Origin: Diplonema japonicum
Lineage: Eukaryota; Protista; Euglenozoa: Diplonemea
NCBI GenBank assembly: GCA_964019335.1
Contig: OZ025725.1
Coordinates: 248,001 to 312,000 of the forward strand
Direction: 5' to 3'
DNA length: 64,000 nt
The position numbers were made by a program, and so were the translations under genes. The notes under the pieces are model-generated. The model saw only the letters and a program-made list of their open reading frames with translations, was not told the origin of the DNA and did not search any database. Shown here piece after piece: positions 33,288 through 43,325 of this stretch (positions are counted from its first letter, which is position 1; every line of letters starts with the position of its first letter).

Positions 33288-36200
33288 ATGCCCGGGAAGA
33301 AGAAAAAGCAAGACCCACCACCTCCACCCGAAAAACTGATATCATCTGAGATTGTTTACAAAAAGGTAATGTGGCACCCAGACGTTGACCAAGACATATT
33401 GGACATAGAGTACATCGATCGCTTCCTGGGCGTTAAATCCATGTCTCTGAAGAAATGGAGAGAAGGAGGAGACGATGACTTCGATAGTATCCCGTGGCAC
33501 CGTGTGGTTGCGTTCAAGGCAAAAGGTGTTGTGTTTTGGGACAGGGAGGCGAGAATGAACAAATTGGAACAGCTTTTCAACGGCGAGCTCCTTAAAGACG
33601 TCAAAGAACCCACCGCCGCCACCAACGGAAAAAAACAAAACGGAAAAGCGAAAAAAACCCAATCGACCAAACGACAATTTCCAAGAACCGATCTGATCAA
33701 CTTCCGATCGTTTTCCTACGAAACTTCATCATGGAAACGAACCACGTTTGAACCACCATTGTCAGGCAACGCCAGCACATATCAACAACTTCCACGAAAT
33801 TTAAAAATGATAACATGGAACGTATTATTTGGAAAATTCGACTACGAGCTAATCAACTGCGAAACAAGATGGACCGCTCTCCTAGCAAAGCTCGCATCGG
33901 AAGCCCCCGACATTGTCTGCCTTCAAGAAACAGACGAAACTTTCACCGCAAAACTCCTTTCGACACCTTACATCCGAGACAATTTCATCATTACTGACCA
34001 CCAATGCACCGAATTCGGCCCGGACAGCATCATCCTAATCGAAAACACCGGATTCGTTGCTGCCGTTACAGCACGCCTTCACCAATTTAACCCCCACGTG
34101 AACAGTGTCATTATCGACACTGTTATTGGTGGGAAAACGGTTGGAATTTGCAGTTTGCATCTTACCTCCGACATGGCTACTGGTGCGGCATCTAAACGAG
34201 CTGTTCAGTTGGAGTCGCTGTTCTCAATTCTTCACACGTACGACCATGTTTTGATGGCAGGGGATTTTAACTTTGGTGATGGTTCTGAAAATGACGGGAT
34301 CGATTGGGGGAAGCACAGGGATGCTTGGACCCGCCTTCATGGGTCAGATATCAAGTCGCTCCCGCCGACCTTCGACCCCGTCACGAACCCTCTTGCTGCG
34401 TTAAATACCGCCACCTTCGTCTCCAAGCGTATGGACCGTGTTGTGTACCGTTCGAAAGACAACACCATCCTCCCTGTTTCTATCAACCTCATCGGAGACA
34501 TCAGCGACGAATGGGATTATGAAAGCAAAAAAGAACATGAGGACGATGATGATGATGATGATGATGAAGAAGTTTCGCTTCCCAAGGCGCTTCCTTCCCC
34601 GGAGGTGCTTCCTGCAGACGTGCAGATCCAGTTCGTTATCCGCGGCCTGCAAGCGTCGGGGAAAACCACGCTCTCCAGGCTGCTCCAAGAACGCTTCGGT
34701 GGTGTGGTCGCAACAAACCTCAAAAGCCTGCAACGAATGGTTCACGCCGAAGGTGTTAAGGTTGTCATCGTCGACACCCCGCATTGCACCAAGGCACAAC
34801 TGGAAAGAACGGTAAAGGTACTGTGCCAATCGAGGGCAATGCGGTACACAATACTTCTTGATATTTCAGCACCGATATCGGTATTGACAGCAAGGCTGAA
34901 GACAGGGAGGTTGGGCGCCAAAGCGGGGCACGTACTTACAGCAACATCCTTGTACACCGTGTCGCTGACTGAAGCAGACAAAAAGAGTGTAAACCTCGTG
35001 ATAGAAGTGGACGGTACAAAACCGGCCTCGAAGAATATCGAGGCCATTCAGCAGAATCTGATACAAGAAGCAGGCTTGCTGAAGGAAGCTCTACCTGTGA
35101 TGAAGTCGAACCCGCCTGCCGAGCTCCCACCTCCACCTGGGAACCCATTCCCCATCACGCCCATGAGCGACCATTATGGTCTGGTCTTTGAACTGACGTA
35201 CGGTGACGACGCCCCTATAGAGGGTGATGGTACATATGTTGACCGCCCTGTTGTTGTGTACAAGGATACCTTCCACAGAGGTGTTGCTCTGGCGGTAGTC
35301 GTGGAGGGACACCCTGCCCTTCAGATCGCTCCTATCCGACGGGACCTCGACAAAGCTGTGAAGACCTGGCCGTGCCATGTGAACATCATGTGGCCGTTCA
35401 TCCCCATGTCGTCCTACCTTGCGCACAGGGACAGCGTCGCAGACGCAATTGCAGACAGCGGCCTGCACCCATTCCGGCTCACGTTATCAAAGCTGAAGTC
35501 TTTCAACGATTTCACGCGGAACAGGGCGAGCCTGTGGTTGGACCCTGAGACGCCAGACAAGCCGGATTGTTTGAAGAAGCTTCGTAAGTCTCTCGAAACC
35601 CGCTTTGTTGACAGTTCAGCATCTGAAAGCCATGGTTTCAACCCGCACATGACGATCGGCAGGGCAACTCCTGACAAGGTGCAGTCCATCGCCAAGCAGT
35701 ACAAATGGCACGGCGGGGAGGGCACCAATGAGGTTTCCGTTTTGATCACGCACTTGACCGTCCTGGCAAGGACGGGTGAGGGTGAGCCGATGCTCCCTGT
35801 CGACACGGTGCAGCTTCCGTATGAAGACGACGACGCGGCCGAAAAGGCCGAGCTTAGCTTCGATCTCTCATCGTTGCCCCCAATCGCCACGCCACGTCCG
35901 TTGCTAGAACCCCATCCTTTGGGCGGGAGGAAGACCCTCGACACTTATACCCCGAAAGATTCGTTGGAGGTGTTCATGTTGCACCTCGCCGCACGCCTGT
36001 CACGGGCCCAAGGATCCAAGCAGGCCATCGAGCTATGCACCAAAACCCCAACACACATCTCTCAAAGGGGCGCTCAGTACCATGTCCCAACATCTTTCTT
36101 GGATGAATACCTGCGGTTCTGGCAGGCAGCGAGGGACGACAACGCCAAAACACCGTTCTTCATGGAGGAGATCAGAGGCACTGTGTTCAGAGCGTATGTG

Positions 36201-37070
36201 GATGTCGATATTAAACTGACAAGCGGCACGTTCGACCTAAAAGCATCGAAGTGGCTGGATCTCATCGCTAACGTAGCGAAGAAAGTCTACTCCGTCCAGT
36301 CGTGCATGATGGTGGTGACAGCATGCCACGGTAAGTGGGAGTGCGATGAAAGCGATGTCAGCACAAAATCGGGGTTCAGGGTGTTCTTTTTAGACCTCTA
36401 CACGTCCAGTCCAATGTACAAGAAGTTTATCGAAGAGCTTTCCGAGACCTTCATGAGAGAGGTGAAGACGTACCCTGGCATGCCTGCAAAGGGCCTGCGA
36501 GATGTCATGGACACACATTCTGTAGGGTGGGACAGGGGCAGGCTCTTGGGTACTATGAAACGTCGTAAAGACCTAGCAAGGGTGTACGAGCTTGATGGTG
36601 CGTGGTACTGCCCGGAAGAGGGTTCTTGCACGTTGGCTGCGGGGCTGACAGACCACCTGCGTAAGCACGGCATGGAGCTTTGCTACTCCACTATGCTACG
36701 AACGTGGGACGGCGTCCTCCCTTCCTTCGCGAAGCTCCCTGCCACAATGGTGCCGGAAACCCTTGCAGGGTACCACTACGCGGTTCTCCCTGAAGCTGAA
36801 AATCGTACCATCGATCTCATTAAACTGAAACCTGTCACCTTCAACTCCCAGGTTCATACATATCGCAACACCGCTTTAATCGGCTATAACAGGCCCAAAT
36901 CCCTTGATAAATACCGTCTTGTGCCCTACCCTTCAATACTTCCAGGGGAAGACGAGCCAAACCTCGATTCGCTGCTCAATGAGCTTATTGCCGTGAGGAC
37001 CGCAGGGAAACTGGCGGTTAAAGAGGCGGAGTGGAGGAGGATCTTGGTGAGCAAACGGGCGTATTTGTAA
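33288..37070 (+). CDS. Multidomain nucleic-acid end-processing protein: MJ1316-like + EEP phosphoesterase (with inserted P-loop kinase) + 2H phosphoesterase + AEP/primase-like domain
   Basis: MJ1316-like: YIDRFLG..IPWHRV..WDR. EEP: TWNVL, CLQE, GDFN, DRV, SDH. P-loop: GLQASGKTT. 2H: HVNI and HMTI. AEP-like: FRAYVDVD..KSGFRVFF. Confidence 0.8.
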   Translation: MPGKKKKQDPPPPPEKLISSEIVYKKVMWHPDVDQDILDIEYIDRFLGVKSMSLKKWREGGDDDFDSIPWHRVVAFKAKGVVFWDREARMNKLEQLFNGELLKDVKEPTAATNGKKQNGKAKKTQSTKRQFPRTDLINFRSFSYETSSWKRTTFEPPLSGNASTYQQLPRNLKMITWNVLFGKFDYELINCETRWTALLAKLASEAPDIVCLQETDETFTAKLLSTPYIRDNFIITDHQCTEFGPDSIILIENTGFVAAVTARLHQFNPHVNSVIIDTVIGGKTVGICSLHLTSDMATGAASKRAVQLESLFSILHTYDHVLMAGDFNFGDGSENDGIDWGKHRDAWTRLHGSDIKSLPPTFDPVTNPLAALNTATFVSKRMDRVVYRSKDNTILPVSINLIGDISDEWDYESKKEHEDDDDDDDDEEVSLPKALPSPEVLPADVQIQFVIRGLQASGKTTLSRLLQERFGGVVATNLKSLQRMVHAEGVKVVIVDTPHCTKAQLERTVKVLCQSRAMRYTILLDISAPISVLTARLKTGRLGAKAGHVLTATSLYTVSLTEADKKSVNLVIEVDGTKPASKNIEAIQQNLIQEAGLLKEALPVMKSNPPAELPPPPGNPFPITPMSDHYGLVFELTYGDDAPIEGDGTYVDRPVVVYKDTFHRGVALAVVVEGHPALQIAPIRRDLDKAVKTWPCHVNIMWPFIPMSSYLAHRDSVADAIADSGLHPFRLTLSKLKSFNDFTRNRASLWLDPETPDKPDCLKKLRKSLETRFVDSSASESHGFNPHMTIGRATPDKVQSIAKQYKWHGGEGTNEVSVLITHLTVLARTGEGEPMLPVDTVQLPYEDDDAAEKAELSFDLSSLPPIATPRPLLEPHPLGGRKTLDTYTPKDSLEVFMLHLAARLSRAQGSKQAIELCTKTPTHISQRGAQYHVPTSFLDEYLRFWQAARDDNAKTPFFMEEIRGTVFRAYVDVDIKLTSGTFDLKASKWLDLIANVAKKVYSVQSCMMVVTACHGKWECDESDVSTKSGFRVFFLDLYTSSPMYKKFIEELSETFMREVKTYPGMPAKGLRDVMDTHSVGWDRGRLLGTMKRRKDLARVYELDGAWYCPEEGSCTLAAGLTDHLRKHGMELCYSTMLRTWDGVLPSFAKLPATMVPETLAGYHYAVLPEAENRTIDLIKLKPVTFNSQVHTYRNTALIGYNRPKSLDKYRLVPYPSILPGEDEPNLDSLLNELIAVRTAGKLAVKEAEWRRILVSKRAYL

Positions 37071-37473
37071 AACGGCACGGCCATTTTTCTTTTTAAATAA
37101 AAGAAAGAAGAAAGAAAGAAAAAAAAAAAAAAAAAAACCACCCCTCCTCTCTTTTTTTTTTTTTTAAAGCTGCTCTCCTGTAAACCTAACCTAGCAGCAG
37201 GAGGGCTTTTTCACCCCATATCCATCCATAGTGATTCCCCCTTTGCGACGTTATTTTGATTTTTTCCTGTTTTTTTTTTCTTCTTTTTTTTTTTGCTCTC
37301 TTCTCTAGGGGGGGATGAAGCGAGGGGGAAAAAAAAAGAAAGAAAAAAAAGAAACCTGTAGACTCCCCTTCTTATCTTCCAATATCCCTTTTTTTTTTTT
37401 TTTACTTTTACACTATCTGTTCCACCCCAAAGGAAAGAAGAAAAGAGGAAAAAAAAAAAAAAAAAGAAAAAAT

Positions 37474-39876
37474 ATGGGAGACGTTCAGAGCACGTTGGAA
37501 ACACAGTACGAGCAGATCAAGAACGCCGGGAGCAGCAAAAAAGTTCTCGCCACTAGGTCCTGCCTCCCGCAGGTAGACCCTTTCGTTGCAGAGAGAAAGG
37601 AGGAGGTGAAGAGAGTCAACCGGCAATACGAAATCGACAACTACAAGGGCGACACATTACGAAGTGGGCTGCCAGCCGGGGTCTGCAGCGTGCCTCCTTT
37701 CGAAAAACGAAAAGGCCCCGGCATCGACCAAAAAGTGACGGAATGCATTAAGATATATCTGGGGAAGGTCGGGGAAGAGATAATGAGCAAAAAGAACGAC
37801 CGTTGGGAGAGCTTCGAGGAAATAAAGACCTGTGTGTTCACCCCGAAAAAGGGTTCATCAAGAGGGTTCCCGAGGGTGACGGTGATGGAGAGATGGTTAG
37901 AGGACGTGGAATTCGGTCGCCAACGGATCACCGGCGCACACGTAACGGTACTGACAGGGGTTCAAAAATGCGAATTGTTGCCGAAAAAACTGTTGGTGAC
38001 AGACGAACAAGTTGTTGGCCTCATCGATGAAGATTCTGTTGAAGAAGCCGTAGCTGCAAAAAAGCTCTTCATTGTGGATTATCACAAGTTGCTTGACGAC
38101 ATACCAACTCGAAAAGACGCCCATCTTTGCTCCCCCATCGGGCTTTTCTACTGCAGCGAAGAAGGGGTTCTCCTCCCCATCGCCATTCAGCTCTACGGCG
38201 GCCCAACAGCACAGGACCTCAACCCAGTCTACACCCCGAATGACAACATCTGGGCTTGGAGAATGGCTAAGATGTTTTTCAACAGTGCTGACTTCCATTA
38301 TCACCTCATCGCGTCGTTCGTGTGCAGGTGTTTGTTGGCTGTCAGTTTGGCATCGGTGATTACCTGTAGGTGCTTATCTGCACATCATCCTTTACGGCAG
38401 CTTGTTGAGCCGTTCTTCAAAGGGTGTCTTGGCGACGCCGATGTTGCGCTGAAAACGCTTCTCGGGAAGAACTGCCCGGCTCCTATGATTCTCTCTTGCG
38501 GGTACGATGGGTGGTTCAAGATCGCGTCGAAAAGCTGGGCGAAGTTTAACTTCAGCAACGCTTCCTTCAAACACGATTATACGGAACGAACAGACCCTGA
38601 CTCGCCATTGAGAGGGTACTACTATCGTTCAGACGGGATGTTGCTGTGGAGGGGGCTTGACACTTATGTTTCAGAAACGGCGCGGAAATACTATCAGAAA
38701 CCGGATGACATCGACGAGGACGGGGAACTGAAGAAATGGACCCGCGAGATGGTGAATCACTTCAACAGGTTCATGGAGCTGCAGACCTGCCGCAAGGAGC
38801 AGCCCATTGTTTTCGACGTCACCTCGCTTCTGTACATGGCGACGGGGTTGAAAGACGGGCTTCTACACAACATGTACCAACAGTACGCGTGGGTTCCCAA
38901 CGCACCCGGTCTCATCGTACGCGGACCAATCATCGAAAAAGCGAAAGATCAAATCACCGAATCCGATCTTCTATCCCTCCTCCCTGACAAGCGTACGACT
39001 GTGCTTCAAATTGCCACCGCTTACGTGTTGTCCGGGCTGTTCGACGACAAGGCCGCCCCGCACGTCAACATGTTTGCCTTCCCGAATAACCTTCCCCTCT
39101 ACGCAGACAATCTAGGAACTGGTTTTTCACTAACCGAACCCGATTTACCGGATCCGAATGGTCCGAAGGGGCCGAATGGTGAGGAATGGAACGCGTCGGG
39201 AAAGCAAGACATCGATGAAAATAAACCTGTAGATGTCTTCTCGGACACTGTAGTAGTAGATGTTTACGGGATTGCAGGTGATCACAGGCACTACACTATT
39301 ATCCGCGGCAGTGACATGCCGTTGTCGGACGCTGGAGATGAGGTGCTTGAGACCTTCACTGTGAGCAAAACGCCCAAAGATGGGTTGGTGGAGTGGGAGA
39401 TCCGAAAAGCTGAAGGGAAAATCGGTAACTGGGTAGCCCCTAAGGGCGAGGCACCCATCAGCGGCCCCGGTGCAGAGAACAAGACAACTGTTCAAGCTGT
39501 ATTCTATGCTGTGTTGTTAGACCCATCCTCACTATCCTTCCCCCCTAGAACTATATTTGTGCGGTTGAAGTCTGGGAGCACACTGCTGCCTGCGGCAACC
39601 AGTGTCGGTTCGTCCTCGTACCAGGATGGTTACTGGGATGTTATTCATGCCTTTTGCTATCCCCCGCCTGCGGAGGGGTGTCTTGTTGCTGCCCCGCAGT
39701 GGGAGGAGGTGGATGAAGACGACGATGCCGATGAGACCCCCTCGGCACTCCGGGAACCCTTCGCCGACATGCGGAAAAGAATAACCGCTCGCAACGACGA
39801 GCTCGAGATCCCGTACGCCGCGCTGCGGCCTTGGGAGCTCTTTGAAAAAACTGCGCGTGAAGGGTTTTTGTATTGA
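37474..39876 (+). CDS. Lipoxygenase-like protein, probably catalytically inactive
   Basis: DVEFGRQRITG, LLPIAIQL, W.MAK.....AD, HP...L..P, YY..DG..LW and WVPNAP scaffold motifs; iron-ligand His residues are replaced; MGDVQS start. Confidence 0.85.
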   Translation: MGDVQSTLETQYEQIKNAGSSKKVLATRSCLPQVDPFVAERKEEVKRVNRQYEIDNYKGDTLRSGLPAGVCSVPPFEKRKGPGIDQKVTECIKIYLGKVGEEIMSKKNDRWESFEEIKTCVFTPKKGSSRGFPRVTVMERWLEDVEFGRQRITGAHVTVLTGVQKCELLPKKLLVTDEQVVGLIDEDSVEEAVAAKKLFIVDYHKLLDDIPTRKDAHLCSPIGLFYCSEEGVLLPIAIQLYGGPTAQDLNPVYTPNDNIWAWRMAKMFFNSADFHYHLIASFVCRCLLAVSLASVITCRCLSAHHPLRQLVEPFFKGCLGDADVALKTLLGKNCPAPMILSCGYDGWFKIASKSWAKFNFSNASFKHDYTERTDPDSPLRGYYYRSDGMLLWRGLDTYVSETARKYYQKPDDIDEDGELKKWTREMVNHFNRFMELQTCRKEQPIVFDVTSLLYMATGLKDGLLHNMYQQYAWVPNAPGLIVRGPIIEKAKDQITESDLLSLLPDKRTTVLQIATAYVLSGLFDDKAAPHVNMFAFPNNLPLYADNLGTGFSLTEPDLPDPNGPKGPNGEEWNASGKQDIDENKPVDVFSDTVVVDVYGIAGDHRHYTIIRGSDMPLSDAGDEVLETFTVSKTPKDGLVEWEIRKAEGKIGNWVAPKGEAPISGPGAENKTTVQAVFYAVLLDPSSLSFPPRTIFVRLKSGSTLLPAATSVGSSSYQDGYWDVIHAFCYPPPAEGCLVAAPQWEEVDEDDDADETPSALREPFADMRKRITARNDELEIPYAALRPWELFEKTAREGFLY

Positions 39877-39883
39877 AAATTTC

Positions 39884-39915
<32 letters not shown>

Positions 39916-40034
39916 GGAGGGAAAAAAAAAAAAAAAAAACAGTTACCGTATCCATCCCCCCCTTTTTTTTTTGTAAAACCCCCAAAATAAAAAAAAAAAT
40001 ATCCAGTAGGGGAAAAAAAAAAAACCCAATCATA

Positions 40035-41123
40035 ATGCCGCCTCCCTGCGCCAAACTAATTATAAGCGAGAGCATCGACAGGGTTTTCATCGATGAGATC
40101 TTGGAGCTGTCGAAGGACTACGTCGGCGAAGTCGAGGTCGTCCTTCTGGGCGGGGAAAGAACGTACGAAAAGGAAACGGGGTCCGACGGGAAGAAGGCTC
40201 TCCTCGGCCTCACCGGGGAGAAAAAACCAGGAAGCGTGTTCATCAGCTTCGAGGGGGAAGAAGAAGACGCCATCGTGGTAGACAGAGAAGGCCTTGAAAT
40301 GATGTTTGACCCGGAACTATGGGAGGAAGACGACGGTGAAGAAGAAGGAATCGACGATCAAATCCACGAAATCGTGAAGGGGAGGATATTTCTGTCGAAC
40401 CTGAAAACCGCGCAAAGCAACGACGGATCGTACTCGATCCTATCACTCCTGTCGGAAAAACCCACGTCGATCCCACTGGGCGAAGACAGAGAACAACTGT
40501 TCATATCCATCGCTGACGACCTCAGTGAAAACTCACTCCTGAAGATCATTCACGAGGCCTTAACCTTCATCGACAACCAGCTGTCTGCCGGTAGGAAAAC
40601 CTTAGTACACTGCGAAGCCGGTAGATCGCGGTCAGCTTCAGTCATTGCAGCATGGATTCTGAAGGAGGAAATCGTGTCGGACCTCCCTGATGCTCTGGAG
40701 TATATCAAGGCTAGCCGGCCTTGGATCGAACCAAATACCAGTTTTTTGGCTCAGTTGGAAAGATACAGTGAGGCCGCAGGTAAAACCTACGGGCAGATCT
40801 CGTTTTCCCCAGAGTTTCAAAAAAGCATTCTTGCTGGTGAGAAACGAGCCACAACTCGGCTTACCCGTAGCGATGCGGACCCGTCGGCGTTGGGGCATTC
40901 GGTGGGAGATTTTCTCGAGGCAACCTGTCCTGAGCCGTTTTGTGTGCTGTTGGTGACCGGAGTTGAGAAGCTTGTGGTTGACGAGCTCACCGACGAGATA
41001 GCGGCTGTCGAATGTCTTGAGACCAAGGAAGATCTGAAAAGGGTGCTGTTGCGGTTCTACCCGGACATGGTTGGGACCGACTGTGTGTTGGTAACACACT
41101 TTGCAGTCGTTCGAAAGCTTTAA
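40035..41123 (+). CDS. Dual-specificity phosphatase fused to a C-terminal ASCH domain
   Basis: VHCEAGRSRS, R..IEPN..F..QL; then ILAGEKRATTR (GxKxxTxR ASCH motif). Confidence 0.85.
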   Translation: MPPPCAKLIISESIDRVFIDEILELSKDYVGEVEVVLLGGERTYEKETGSDGKKALLGLTGEKKPGSVFISFEGEEEDAIVVDREGLEMMFDPELWEEDDGEEEGIDDQIHEIVKGRIFLSNLKTAQSNDGSYSILSLLSEKPTSIPLGEDREQLFISIADDLSENSLLKIIHEALTFIDNQLSAGRKTLVHCEAGRSRSASVIAAWILKEEIVSDLPDALEYIKASRPWIEPNTSFLAQLERYSEAAGKTYGQISFSPEFQKSILAGEKRATTRLTRSDADPSALGHSVGDFLEATCPEPFCVLLVTGVEKLVVDELTDEIAAVECLETKEDLKRVLLRFYPDMVGTDCVLVTHFAVVRKL

Positions 41124-41162
41124 TTTTTTTTTTTTTTTTTTTTTTTTTTTTCCCTGTTGTGA

Positions 41163-42755
<1,593 letters not shown>

Positions 42756-42766
42756 AGAGGTTTTTT

Positions 42767-42797
<31 letters not shown>

Positions 42798-43213
42798 GAA
42801 GATGGGAAGAAAGGAAAAAAAAAAGTGTGATATCCCGTTTTTTTCTTTTTTTTTTTTTTTTTTTTTTAGAATTTCCCCCCCACCTTTTCACCCGTTCCAA
42901 TATTTTGCTTTTTTTTTCTCTTTTTTTTTCCTATCTTTTCTATCCTAAAACTTTAAAAAAAAGCGAAAATGACGGGGGAAAAGAGGGGGGGGGGGGGGGA
43001 GAAAAGTTTTTTCTCAGAGGGGGGAAAACAAAGCCAAAAAAAATGAGCGATGATTATTTTATAGGTTTTTTTTTTTTTTTCGTGTTGCTGGAAAAAAAAG
43101 AGAAAAAAATACACATACCCCCCCCCTTTATAATATTTGTTTTTTTTTTACCCCCTTGCCAAAAAAAATAATTTTTTTTACCCCACCTCCCCACCCTTTT
43201 TCTTTTTCAAATC

Positions 43214-43251
<38 letters not shown>

Positions 43252-43325
43252 CACAGGCAGGGGGAATCGGTTGTGCGCAAAAAGTGGAGGTGGAAAGGGG
43301 GTGGGACCCCCCGACTAAGGTTGAA

